From Candidatus Aminicenantes bacterium (GTDB taxonomy: Bacteria > Acidobacteriota > Aminicenantia > JAMOAD01), in the NCBI GenBank assembly GCA_027067555.1, contig JAMOVU010000172.1, positions 6,650 to 70,649 on the forward strand: a DNA stretch of 64,000 nucleotides. The letters run 5' to 3'. The notes under the pieces are model-generated. The model saw only the letters and a list, made by a program, of their open reading frames with translations. It did not search any database and had not been told where the DNA came from. Below, in pieces: positions 8,030 to 17,515 of this stretch (position 1 is the stretch's first letter; each line of letters starts with the position of its first letter). A program made the translations under genes and the position numbers.

Positions 8030-10174
8030 ATGGATTTTAATGAAAGAATGATTCAAAAGAGAGATGGTCGCTATGCAGCGTTTGACGAAACAAAAATTTT
8101 TAACGCACTTTATAAGGCTTTTAGGGCGGTAGGGAAAAAGGATGAAAATGTAGTCCTTTATATTTCTAAGGAAGTTGTTAAAAGATTGGAAGAAAGATTC
8201 TTTAATTATGGGATAGTTCCCAATGTCGAAGAGATTCAGGATATTGTTGAAAGTGTGCTTATTGAAAAGAATGAAGCTTCTGTTGCAAAAGCCTATATCC
8301 TTTACAGAGAGAAGAGATCAGAGCTTAGAGACATAAGGCAGAATTTTCTTGATGGTATTAAAGTAATTGATGAATATCTGAGTATGCGGGACTGGAGAGT
8401 TAAGGAAAATTCCAATATGTCTTATTCTCTTCAGGGGCTTAATCTTCACATTTCTTCCACCCTTGTTGCCAAATACTGGTTAAGAAAACTTTATCCCCTT
8501 GAGGTGAGAATGGCTCATCAGGAAGGAGACTTCCACATACACGATCTTGGTATTCTTGGCCCTTATTGTGTTGGATGGGATCTTGAAGATCTTTTGAAAG
8601 TAGGTTTCACAGGAGCAAGAGGGAAGGTTGAATCCAAGCCTGCAAAACACTTCAGAACCGCTCTTGGCCAGATAGTAAACTTTTTTTATACTCTTCAGGG
8701 GGAAGCTGCGGGAGCCCAAGCTTTCTCAAATTTTGACACACTTTTAGCTCCTTTTATAAGATATGACGGATTGTCCTATAAAGATGTTAAACAGGCAATG
8801 CAGGAATTTGTTTTTAATGTAAATGTTCCTACAAGAGCCGGATTTCAGACTCCATTTACAAATATAACAATGGATCTTGTTCCCCCATCCACTTTAAAGG
8901 ATAAAGCTGTTGTGATAGGTGGAAAGGAGATGCCGGAAACATACGGAGATTTTCAGGAAGAAATGGATATGATAAATTCTGCGTTTGCAGAAGTTATGAT
9001 GGAAGGTGATGCCAAGGGCAGAATTTTTACTTTTCCCATTCCTACTTATAATATTTCAAGGGATTTTGAGTGGGAAAATGATAATTTAAAACCTCTGTGG
9101 GAAATGACTGCTAAATACGGAATTCCGTATTTTGCAAATTTTGTCAATTCTGATATGAATCCTGAAGATGCAAGATCAATGTGTTGCAGACTCAGACTTG
9201 ATAACAGGGAGCTATGGAAAAGAGGAGGAGGACTTTTCGGAGCGAATCCTCTTACAGGTTCAATAGGAGTTGTGACTATAAATCTTCCGAGAATAGGTTA
9301 TCTTGCAAACAATGAAAGTGAGTTTTTTAATATGCTTGAAAGAATGATGGAACTTGCTGTTGAGGCCCTTGAAATAAAGAGAAAGAATGTTGAAAGATTT
9401 ACAGAAGCAGGCCTTTATCCATATACGAAATTTTATCTAAGAGAGATAAAAAAGACTCATGGTAAGTACTGGAATTTCCATTTCTCTACCATCGGACTTG
9501 TGGGAATGAATGAAGCAATGCTTAATTTTATGGGAAAACCGATTACTGACCCTGAAGCAAAAGCTTTCTCTATCAAAGTTTTGGATTACATGAGGGAGAG
9601 AATTCAGGATATACAGGAAGCAACGGGTAATATGTATAATCTTGAAGCTACTCCTGCAGAAAGTACAACATACAGACTTGCGAAACTGGATAAGGAAAAA
9701 TATCCTGATATTATTACTGCCGGTACAAGTGAGCCTTATTATACAAATTCAGTACATCCTCCTGTTGATGCTTATGATGATGCTTTTGAAATCTTGGAGC
9801 ATCAGGATGATTTGCAGATAAAATTCACAGGAGGAACGGTTGTTCATCTTTTCTTTGGAGAGAATATAAAAGATTGGAGGGTTGTAAGAGAACTTACAAA
9901 GAGAATTACCTCTAAATACAGACTTCCCTATTTCTCTTTCACGCCTACTTTCTCAATTTCCCCTGTTTCAGGGTATATTCCCGGTAAGCACGATTTTGAT
10001 CCTAATGTGAGAAGTAAAGAGGATATAGAGAAATTTGGAGTGGAGATTGAGCTTACGGAAGAGGAGCTTAAAAATCTTCCGGAAGGTTCATACATAATAG
10101 TAGAGGAAGAAGATAAAGATGAAGATAAAAAAGATGAAGATAAAAAACTTACGCTTAATCTTAAATTGAATTAA
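8030..10174 (+). CDS. nrdD: anaerobic ribonucleoside-triphosphate reductase (class III RNR) large protein with N-terminal ATP-cone; C-terminal zinc-ribbon cysteines replaced by Ser; acidic KD-repeat tail
   Basis: ATP-cone at MDFNERMIQKRDGRY...; NrdD core; strong SD AAGGAGG 8018..8024 so true start is ATG 8030 rather than ORF start 7979. C-terminus ...TPTFSISPVSGY where canonical NrdD has CxxCGY. Confidence 0.85.
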   Translation: MDFNERMIQKRDGRYAAFDETKIFNALYKAFRAVGKKDENVVLYISKEVVKRLEERFFNYGIVPNVEEIQDIVESVLIEKNEASVAKAYILYREKRSELRDIRQNFLDGIKVIDEYLSMRDWRVKENSNMSYSLQGLNLHISSTLVAKYWLRKLYPLEVRMAHQEGDFHIHDLGILGPYCVGWDLEDLLKVGFTGARGKVESKPAKHFRTALGQIVNFFYTLQGEAAGAQAFSNFDTLLAPFIRYDGLSYKDVKQAMQEFVFNVNVPTRAGFQTPFTNITMDLVPPSTLKDKAVVIGGKEMPETYGDFQEEMDMINSAFAEVMMEGDAKGRIFTFPIPTYNISRDFEWENDNLKPLWEMTAKYGIPYFANFVNSDMNPEDARSMCCRLRLDNRELWKRGGGLFGANPLTGSIGVVTINLPRIGYLANNESEFFNMLERMMELAVEALEIKRKNVERFTEAGLYPYTKFYLREIKKTHGKYWNFHFSTIGLVGMNEAMLNFMGKPITDPEAKAFSIKVLDYMRERIQDIQEATGNMYNLEATPAESTTYRLAKLDKEKYPDIITAGTSEPYYTNSVHPPVDAYDDAFEILEHQDDLQIKFTGGTVVHLFFGENIKDWRVVRELTKRITSKYRLPYFSFTPTFSISPVSGYIPGKHDFDPNVRSKEDIEKFGVEIELTEEELKNLPEGSYIIVEEEDKDEDKKDEDKKLTLNLKLN

Positions 10175-10194
10175 ATTTAATAAGGAGGAATAAA

Positions 10195-10401
10195 ATGGAA
10201 AGAATTGAGGAGACAAAAGAGGTTAAAACAACAACCTCAAAGAAAAAAGTTAGGGTTAAAGTAGTGCCTACAGAAATTTATTCAAGGGTAGTGGGGTATT
10301 ATAGGCCTGTTCAGAATTGGAACAAAGGAAAAGCGGAAGAGTTCAAGCACAGAGCAATCATAGATCCTAATCATCCTACAAAAAAGAGAATAGAAATTTA
10401 A
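10195..10401 (+). CDS. stand-alone glycyl-radical domain protein (NrdD C-terminal domain homologue), cysteine-free
   Basis: 68 aa with ...SRVVGYYRPVQNWNKGKAEEFKHR matching the NrdD glycyl-radical region (RxxGY...WNxGKxxExxxR); own SD AGGAGG 10183..10188, different frame from nrdD. Confidence 0.6.
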   Translation: MERIEETKEVKTTTSKKKVRVKVVPTEIYSRVVGYYRPVQNWNKGKAEEFKHRAIIDPNHPTKKRIEI

Positions 10402-10425
10402 TTAAATATTGAAAAACTTTAATCC

Positions 10426-10451
10426 GCGGGAAAAGGTTTTCCTTTTCCCGC
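10426..10451 (+). terminator. strong hairpin (11-bp perfect stem, TTTT loop) between glycyl-radical ORF and nrdG; possible partial terminator/attenuator
   Basis: gcgggaaaagg-tttt-ccttttcccgc followed by tctctctatttt. Confidence 0.4.
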
Positions 10452-10473
10452 TCTCTCTATTTTAAACAGGAAG

Positions 10474-11172
10474 ATGTTGATAAAGGGGTTTTTGGGAACG
10501 AGTTTAATAGATTTTCCTGGAAGAATTTCTTCAATAGTTTTTACGGGAGGGTGTAATTTCAGGTGCCCTTTTTGCCATAATGCGGATCTGGTTCTGGATT
10601 ACAAAAACCTTCCTACTTTAACAGAGAATGAAATTCTTGAAAAAATAAAAAAGAGAAAGGGCTTTATTGACGGAGTCGAAATTACGGGGGGAGAGCCACT
10701 ACTTTACAATGATACTCTTGATTTTATAAAAAAAGTTAAAGAGCTTGGCTATGAAGTAAAACTTGATACGAATGGGTATTTCCCCGAAAAACTTGAGGAA
10801 ATCCTTGATTCTGGAATGGTGGATTTTATTGCAATGGATATTAAATCATCTCCTGAAAAGTACAGCTATGCATGTGGAATTGAAATTGATTTGAATAAGA
10901 TAGAAGATTCTATTTCTTTGATAATGAACAAAGCAAAGGAGTATGAATTCAGAACCACAGTGGCACCTAAGATTGTGGAGGAAGAGGATATTATTCCTAT
11001 GGTAAAAATGATCGAAGGAGCCGAGATGTATGCTCTTCAGGAGTTCAGACCTGTTAAAACAATAGATCCTTCTTTTATGGAAATATCTCCTTATCCAAAA
11101 GAGGTTTTATTTCATTTTGCGGAAATAGCAAAGCCTTATGTTAAGAAGATAGAAGTCAGGACCGAAGGGTAG
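10474..11172 (+). CDS. nrdG: anaerobic ribonucleoside-triphosphate reductase activating protein (radical SAM)
   Basis: GGCNFRCPFCHN radical-SAM CxxxCxxC motif, 232 aa, adjacent to nrdD. Confidence 0.85.
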   Translation: MLIKGFLGTSLIDFPGRISSIVFTGGCNFRCPFCHNADLVLDYKNLPTLTENEILEKIKKRKGFIDGVEITGGEPLLYNDTLDFIKKVKELGYEVKLDTNGYFPEKLEEILDSGMVDFIAMDIKSSPEKYSYACGIEIDLNKIEDSISLIMNKAKEYEFRTTVAPKIVEEEDIIPMVKMIEGAEMYALQEFRPVKTIDPSFMEISPYPKEVLFHFAEIAKPYVKKIEVRTEG

Positions 11173-11174
11173 TT

Positions 11175-12002
11175 TTAACTGAAAGCAACATCTAAAATCA
11201 TCATAACAACAAAACCTAACATTAAGCTCATTGTAGCAAGATCAGTGTTGTCTCCTTTCTGAGATTCGGGTATAACTTCTTCCACAACTACATATATCAT
11301 AGCTCCTGCCGCAAAGCTTAATGCAAAAGGAAGGATTTTTTGAAAAGTTGTCACAAAAAGCACACCTGCTATTGCAGCAATAGGTTCAACTGCTCCGGAG
11401 AGCTGTCCGTAAAAAAAACTTTTAAACTTTGACATCCCACCTGTTCTCAGAGGAAGGGAGATTACAGTGCCTTCCGGGAAATTTTGAATTCCGATTCCTA
11501 TTGCAAGAGAAAGTGCGGCACTTAAAGCTGCGATAGAATTGTTTTTAATCAAAGCACCAAAAGCTACTCCGACGGCAAGCCCTTCTGGTATATTGTGCAA
11601 AGTTACGGCTAACAAAAGTAAGGTATTTGTTTTAAAGTTTGTTTGAATACCTTCCACTTTTCCCTCTTCCGCACCAAAGTGTTGATGGGGAATTATTGCG
11701 TCCATAATTCTTAAAAAGATTCCTCCCAGGAGGAAACCAATTGCCGGGGGAACCCATAGAGGAAGAGGTAAATTTTTTGACATTTCTATTGATGGTGCAA
11801 GAAGTGACCAGAAACTTGCGGCTATCATAACACCTGCTGCAAAACCTAACATTGTTTCCAGAAGTTTCTGATTTGCCTTTTTTACAAAGAATACAAGTGA
11901 TGCTCCTGCTGCTGTCATGGCCCATGTAAAGAGAGTTGCATAAAAAGTATTTAAAAGTGGAGAATTGTTTTTAAAAAGTTCTAAAAAATTACTTATATGC
12001 AA
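11175..12002 (-). CDS. ZIP-family zinc/metal transporter (ZupT-like)
   Basis: 8 TM helices, HNIPEGLAVG / His-rich motifs typical of ZIP. Confidence 0.8.
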   Translation of the reverse strand: MHISNFLELFKNNSPLLNTFYATLFTWAMTAAGASLVFFVKKANQKLLETMLGFAAGVMIAASFWSLLAPSIEMSKNLPLPLWVPPAIGFLLGGIFLRIMDAIIPHQHFGAEEGKVEGIQTNFKTNTLLLLAVTLHNIPEGLAVGVAFGALIKNNSIAALSAALSLAIGIGIQNFPEGTVISLPLRTGGMSKFKSFFYGQLSGAVEPIAAIAGVLFVTTFQKILPFALSFAAGAMIYVVVEEVIPESQKGDNTDLATMSLMLGFVVMMILDVAFS

Positions 12003-12639
12003 TTAATAACCTTACATACTTTTTGTAGAAAAAAGTTTCTTTAAAGGTTTTAAAGCCAAATTCTTTCAGTTTTGTTTTCCAATCTCTTTTTATAAAATCT
12101 TCAGCAAGAGGGCATTCAATATTTTTTATTGCATACCTTGCAATAAAGAATGCTCTGTCAGGGTCAAATTCATTGTAATCCAGTATCGCAAATTTCCCAC
12201 CATCTTTCAGAGCTTTATAAGCATTTTTAATTATAATTTCTCTTTTCTCCTGAACAAATCCGTGTAAAACAAAAGAGATGAAGACAGTGTCAAACTCTTT
12301 TTCAAAATCAAGAGGCTCATCAATCCTTTTATTTAATAGATTTACATTAGGGTAATTACAGTTTTTTCTAAACTTTTCTGACATCTCTTCTCCGATTTCA
12401 AGCCCTGTTATCTTTCCCTCTTGACCTATATATTTGAGCATTAAGCAATCATTTCTTCCTGTCCCAGCTCCAAAATCCAGAACTGATTCTCCTTTTTTTA
12501 AACCTATACTTTTAATAGCTTTTCTTATAAAAAAGGGATATGTTCCAAGTGTAATAATGTTCATCAACAAATCATAATACTTTGCCTCAAACCCTGTTAC
12601 TTCTACTTTTGATTGATCCTGTGTTAACTTTTTTTCCAT
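11989..12639 (-). CDS. class I SAM-dependent methyltransferase
   Basis: VLDFGAGTGRN motif I, 216 aa. Confidence 0.7.
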   Translation of the reverse strand: MEKKLTQDQSKVEVTGFEAKYYDLLMNIITLGTYPFFIRKAIKSIGLKKGESVLDFGAGTGRNDCLMLKYIGQEGKITGLEIGEEMSEKFRKNCNYPNVNLLNKRIDEPLDFEKEFDTVFISFVLHGFVQEKREIIIKNAYKALKDGGKFAILDYNEFDPDRAFFIARYAIKNIECPLAEDFIKRDWKTKLKEFGFKTFKETFFYKKYVRLLIAYK

Positions 12640-12669
12640 AAAGAAACTCCTCCTCCTGAATAAACTATT

Positions 12670-13767
12670 TTATTGGTTTTTTTGATTTTTTTCAACAGCC
12701 TCTTTATATTCTTCAAGCAGAGTGTTTATAAGTTCTTTTACACTTATTATCCTGTCAACCCTATAAGCATTGGCACCTGCGAAGGCGAATCCATACTTAA
12801 ACTTTCCTTTTTTGGCATTTGTTAATGCCAAAGAAATGCAGTAAGGAGAACTTTTATAATCACAATGGCTCAAACATTGCCAGGGACAGGAAAAAGGAGT
12901 TTTCATTCCCTTCTCAACTGCTTCTAAAAATTCATTCTTTATTGCTCTTCCGGGAAGCCCTACCGGACTTTTTATTATTATAATATCTTCTTTGCTTGCC
13001 TTTACATAAGCTAATTTAAAAGCTTCCGAGGCATCGCATTCGTGTGTTGCTACAAACCTTGTTGCCATTTGAACCCCGTCGGCTCCCATTTTTAGAAATT
13101 TGTAGATGTCCCTCCCGGTATATATTCCTCCTGCGACAACAACAGGTATTTTTTCTCCGTACTTATCTTCAAAAATCTTCACATTTTCAATAACTTCGGG
13201 AAGCAAGTTTTCAAGAGAGTATTTGGGATCATTTATTTGTTCTATTTTAAAGCCAAGATGTCCACCTGCAAGTGGTCCTTCTAAAACGACTGCATCGGGA
13301 ATTCTTCCGTAGTGTCTTTCCCAGTGTCTGAAAATAACTTTGACAGCTCTACCAGAAGAAACAATGGGAATTGTTTTGGTGTTTTCACTTTCTGTTAATT
13401 CTTTGGGCATCTTTAATGGTAAACCTGCTCCTAAAAAGACAAAATCAACCCCCTCTTCAACTGAGACCTTTATTAGATCACTGTAATCTGTAAGAGCCAT
13501 AAGTATGTTTACTCCTATTAATCCCTTTGTCTTCTCTCTTGCTTTTCTAATCTCTTTTCTTAAGGCGCGATTATTTGCTTCACTGTAGTTCTTGCCAAAA
13601 TCAGGTTCCATCATCCCGATACCTGCGGCACCTATTACCCCTATTCCACCTTCATTTGCAACAGCTGAGGATAAACCAGAAAGGGAAATACCAACACTCA
13701 TTCCTCCCTGAATTATGGGGATTTTCGCTATCTTTTCTCCAATTTTTAATTGAGGTATAAAACTCAT
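12670..13767 (-). CDS. nitronate monooxygenase / FabK-like FMN-dependent oxidoreductase
   Basis: NMO/2-nitropropane dioxygenase TIM-barrel pattern (GGMS/GIG, AGGI..GR), 365 aa. Confidence 0.7.
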   Translation of the reverse strand: MSFIPQLKIGEKIAKIPIIQGGMSVGISLSGLSSAVANEGGIGVIGAAGIGMMEPDFGKNYSEANNRALRKEIRKAREKTKGLIGVNILMALTDYSDLIKVSVEEGVDFVFLGAGLPLKMPKELTESENTKTIPIVSSGRAVKVIFRHWERHYGRIPDAVVLEGPLAGGHLGFKIEQINDPKYSLENLLPEVIENVKIFEDKYGEKIPVVVAGGIYTGRDIYKFLKMGADGVQMATRFVATHECDASEAFKLAYVKASKEDIIIIKSPVGLPGRAIKNEFLEAVEKGMKTPFSCPWQCLSHCDYKSSPYCISLALTNAKKGKFKYGFAFAGANAYRVDRIISVKELINTLLEEYKEAVEKNQKNQ

Positions 13768-13855
13768 CAGAACCTTCCAAAATAAATTATTTTTTTATAC
13801 CACAAAAACGGAGAAAAGTAAAAAAGAATTTAAAATCAATAAAATGTTTTATTAA

Positions 13856-15484
13856 TTAGAGCTCACCTTTACCTTTTCTCTCTTCTTTTAATTTGAATTT
13901 TTCAGGATGTTTTTTTATCTCTTCTTTGAGCCATGATTCAGGATAGCCTACTGAATGTGGTCTTCCCTTTTCATCCTGTATATATCCGTCATTGTATTTT
14001 GTAACAAGCTTATCAGCAAGGTTCCACCACTTTTTTATACCGGATTCTGCATTTTCAACACAATACCTCGTAAGGTACTTTTTCATGAGCTCCTTTTTCC
14101 CGGCTTTTAAAAGCTCCAGAGCTGTTTTTTCAATATAGGGTTGAAGCTCAAATTCTGTGTCTTCTATCTCTTTCTGGACTTTTTGAATATCCTTTATCAT
14201 ATAACTCCATCTGAGATTCGCGTAATTTGCCACAAAATTAAAGGCCCACCAGGCGGAATCTCGTGTAAATTTTCTTAATGTTCCCACTGTATAGCTTTTG
14301 GGTAGTTTAGTTATTGAAGTATAGAAAGGAGCAAAAAAGTTTGTATAAGGATTATCAAGCCCAAACCAGTAAACACCTCCGATTTCATCGGGAAGATAAT
14401 TTCTTGATTGGGATACAAATACAAAACAGGCTTGCTGGGTTGCTATTGGTCTTTCCCATGTATAGAGTTTTCCGTTTACTTTCCATTTAATCGGTCTCCA
14501 TCTGTCAGGGGCCCCGAAAGGTCCGGCTGTTAAGTCTTTGGTCATATCAAACTTTGTCCCTTCGTAATGGTCTCTGTGGAGATTTATTACATCCCTTACA
14601 CTGAGTTTTTTATCGGGTTTTATATAGAGAGGATAGGGGTTTGCCCCTTTTACGGAGGAGCTGTAGTCAGGGGAGAAATTTTTTGATGGAGCTGATCTTC
14701 TGAATATACTCCACACTCTTCTTAATGAATATCTTGTTTGTTCCTCTGTTGGGGGATTATAAACTTTTGAAAAATTAAAGGGACCGTCTTTCTTTGGATT
14801 ATAATAACCTTTTTTTATTGCGAAAGATACCACATTTTTTGAATGTAGAACTTCAGTATTATATTTGCTGAACACACCTATTCTTGACATATTTGCATGG
14901 GCTGAAATATAGCCATCAGGAATTTTTACTGCTACCCAGACAGCTCCTTTGCCCCCTTTACCAGTTCCGACCATTTCAAGTATCCAGACTTCATTTTTGT
15001 CAGCGATTGAGAAGGATTCCCCCGTGCTTCCGTATCCATATTTTTCTACCAAAGATGTCATAACCTTTATTGCTTCTCTTGCGGTCTTTGCTCTTTGAAG
15101 CGCTATTTTCATAAGAGTGAAATAATTAAACAGACCGTCTCTATTTAAAAGCTCTCTTCTACCATCAAAGGTTGTTTCACCTATCGCAAGTTGAAACTCA
15201 TTCATTAATCCGATTACTTTATAGGTATGATGAACCTGCGGGATTTTTGCTGATTTTCCATACCAATTTCTGATGAGTACAGTACTTCCTTCTTTGTAAT
15301 TAGCTGCCGGGGTGATTCTCAGGTGAGGGTGCATCTCTCCGTCACAGGAATATGAAATTATGGAAGAGCCATCCTTTGATGCTCCCTTTGTAACAAGAAT
15401 TGATGTGCACGGTAAAAGGTAATTTACGGCAAAAAACAAGAGTGTAGTAGTAGTAATTAAAAAAAGTTTTACTCTATTTTTCAT
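13856..15484 (-). CDS. C69-family dipeptidase (secreted)
   Basis: Signal peptide then Cys nucleophile at mature N-terminus (LLPCTSILV), C69 family length/pattern. Confidence 0.75.
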   Translation of the reverse strand: MKNRVKLFLITTTTLLFFAVNYLLPCTSILVTKGASKDGSSIISYSCDGEMHPHLRITPAANYKEGSTVLIRNWYGKSAKIPQVHHTYKVIGLMNEFQLAIGETTFDGRRELLNRDGLFNYFTLMKIALQRAKTAREAIKVMTSLVEKYGYGSTGESFSIADKNEVWILEMVGTGKGGKGAVWVAVKIPDGYISAHANMSRIGVFSKYNTEVLHSKNVVSFAIKKGYYNPKKDGPFNFSKVYNPPTEEQTRYSLRRVWSIFRRSAPSKNFSPDYSSSVKGANPYPLYIKPDKKLSVRDVINLHRDHYEGTKFDMTKDLTAGPFGAPDRWRPIKWKVNGKLYTWERPIATQQACFVFVSQSRNYLPDEIGGVYWFGLDNPYTNFFAPFYTSITKLPKSYTVGTLRKFTRDSAWWAFNFVANYANLRWSYMIKDIQKVQKEIEDTEFELQPYIEKTALELLKAGKKELMKKYLTRYCVENAESGIKKWWNLADKLVTKYNDGYIQDEKGRPHSVGYPESWLKEEIKKHPEKFKLKEERKGKGEL

Positions 15485-15523
15485 TTTGACCTCCTGATAT
15501 ATCTTTTACGAAAATAATTGAGT

Positions 15524-16075
15524 TTAGTTATGATTTTTTTGAAGTTCTGTCTTTGCTTTTTTTAATTTCTCAAAAAAATAATCTTTTAGCTCACTGTTTA
15601 CATTTTTACATGCTCTTACAACTTTCTCTGCCCATTCCAAATATTCTTCCTTTCTTTCATAAGACCACCCTATTGGAGGAGATATAGTGATATCTTCAAT
15701 ATTTTCTATTTTATCTGCAATCCTGATTATCGTAGCTTCTTTACTTAGAAAAGGAGCATTCTTTATTTGAATTTTTTTCCTTTTTTGTTTTTCAAAGTTT
15801 TGATTATCGGTAAGTTCTTCTACTATGGATGCTATGTTATTACCAAACTCTTTTTCTATTTCATCAGATGTTGTTTCAGTATCCTCAATGACATCATGTA
15901 GAATTGCCGAAGCAATAATTATCGGGTCATCTATTTTACCTACCTCTGAAATAATGAAAGCTACCTTTATAGGATGGTTTATGTAGGGAAGGTGCTCATC
16001 TCCCTTTCTCCTCTGGTATTTATGTTTTAGGGCTGCAAAATTAAGTGCTTTAAGTATTAAATTAATTCCTCTCAT
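15524..16075 (-). CDS. stand-alone RelA/SpoT-type HD-domain hydrolase (small alarmone hydrolase-like)
   Basis: INHPIKVAFIISEV...IIASAILHDVIEDT matches the RSH hydrolase HD motifs; 183 aa, no synthetase domain. Confidence 0.65.
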   Translation of the reverse strand: MRGINLILKALNFAALKHKYQRRKGDEHLPYINHPIKVAFIISEVGKIDDPIIIASAILHDVIEDTETTSDEIEKEFGNNIASIVEELTDNQNFEKQKRKKIQIKNAPFLSKEATIIRIADKIENIEDITISPPIGWSYERKEEYLEWAEKVVRACKNVNSELKDYFFEKLKKAKTELQKNHN

Positions 16076-16176
16076 TTTAATAAATTTATAATATTAAGGA
16101 ATAAAAATCAATAAGAGAAAAATTGATTTTAAGCCATAGTTGCTATATAATTTTTATTAATAAAAGGAGGTGTTTT

Positions 16177-17469
16177 ATGAAAAAGTCTTTATCTCTATTT
16201 ATTTCTTCCCTTTTAATTTTTGGCTTAATTACAAGTTTTGCGCTTGCGGGGCACCACAAGGACAAGGTCAAGTATGTAAAGTATGTTCCAGACAAAGTGA
16301 TTAAGGAGATGATTGATCAGGACAAAGCAAAAGCTAAGAAAGAGAGAGAGAAAACAGCTGCAATAATTAAGAAGATTAAAGAGCAGAAGAAGAAAGAGAG
16401 AGAGAACAGAAAAATTATAAGATTTGATGTTTCAAAGATTAAAAAACCTGCGTCTCCTAAAGTTTTTAAACAGGTATGGCACAATCCCCCCGTTGCGCAG
16501 TATTTAACCGGTACATGCTGGGATTTCTCTGCAACCTCTTTTATGGAGTCTGAAATTTACAGGATTACGGGACAGAAGATGAAACTTTCTGAAATGTTTA
16601 CTGCTTATTATGAGTATGTTGAAAAAGCCAAAGGTTTCGTAAGAACCCGGGGAAATTCTGTTTTTGGTCAGGGTTCTGAGTCAAATGCTTTGATAAGGAT
16701 CTGGAAAAAGTATGGAATTGTTCCTGAGAGTGTTTATAGGGGTGTTCTCAGAAAAGACGGAAGACACGATCATTCGCAAATGTATAAAGAAATGAAGAAT
16801 TTCTTGAATTTCGTAAAATCAAATGGATATTGGGATGAAAATGAAGTAGTAGCCCACATAAAAATAATTTTGAATAAGTATATGGGAGAACCTCCCAAAA
16901 CTTTTACATACAAAGGTAAAACATATACTCCGAAGAGTTTTCTTAAGGATGTTGTGAAGATAAACCTTGATGATTATGTTGGTTTTATGTCCACAGAATC
17001 CATCCCATTTTATACAAAAGGTGAGTTTAAAGTGGAAGATAATTGGTGGCATAGTAAGGATTATTATAATGTACCCCTTGATGTTTTTTATAAAATAATC
17101 AAAAGAGCTATAAAGAATGGATATTCTTTGACTATTGGCGGAGATGTTTCCGAACCCGGGTATTATGGAGAGGAAGATATAGCTGTTGTGCCAACATTTG
17201 ATATACCATATGAATACATTAACCAGGATTCCAGAGAGTTCAGAATATATAACCGTACAACAGGAGATGATCATGGTATTCATCTGATTGGCTATACAAG
17301 AGTTGGGGGGAGAGATTGGTTTCTTATTAAGGATTCTGCAAGAGCAGCAAGAAGGGGCAAGTTTAAAGGTTATCTTTTTTACAGAGAAGATTATGTTAAA
17401 TTAAAAATGCTAACTATAATGCTACACAAAGATGCAGTAAAAGATATATTGGCAAGATTTAAAAAGTAG
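16177..17469 (+). CDS. C1-family cysteine peptidase (aminopeptidase C / bleomycin hydrolase-like), secreted
   Basis: True start ATG 16177 after GGAGG; signal peptide; QYLTGTCWDFSA catalytic Cys region, His/Asn downstream. Confidence 0.8.
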   Translation: MKKSLSLFISSLLIFGLITSFALAGHHKDKVKYVKYVPDKVIKEMIDQDKAKAKKEREKTAAIIKKIKEQKKKERENRKIIRFDVSKIKKPASPKVFKQVWHNPPVAQYLTGTCWDFSATSFMESEIYRITGQKMKLSEMFTAYYEYVEKAKGFVRTRGNSVFGQGSESNALIRIWKKYGIVPESVYRGVLRKDGRHDHSQMYKEMKNFLNFVKSNGYWDENEVVAHIKIILNKYMGEPPKTFTYKGKTYTPKSFLKDVVKINLDDYVGFMSTESIPFYTKGEFKVEDNWWHSKDYYNVPLDVFYKIIKRAIKNGYSLTIGGDVSEPGYYGEEDIAVVPTFDIPYEYINQDSREFRIYNRTTGDDHGIHLIGYTRVGGRDWFLIKDSARAARRGKFKGYLFYREDYVKLKMLTIMLHKDAVKDILARFKK

Positions 17470-17515
17470 TCAATTTTAGATTGACTATTATGTAAAAATT
17501 TGATATAAAATATGC

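Noticed and set aside
10172-10197. Possibility that the 68-aa glycyl-radical ORF is merely the frameshifted 3' end of nrdD (a pseudogene or sequencing error)
   Set aside because: Two further in-frame stops follow the nrdD stop, and the small ORF is in a different frame. It has its own perfect AGGAGG SD at optimal spacing. Upstream, the NrdD tail has already lost the zinc-ribbon cysteines and acquired an acidic repeat. This is consistent with a fixed split rather than a recent lesion. It still merits re-sequencing.
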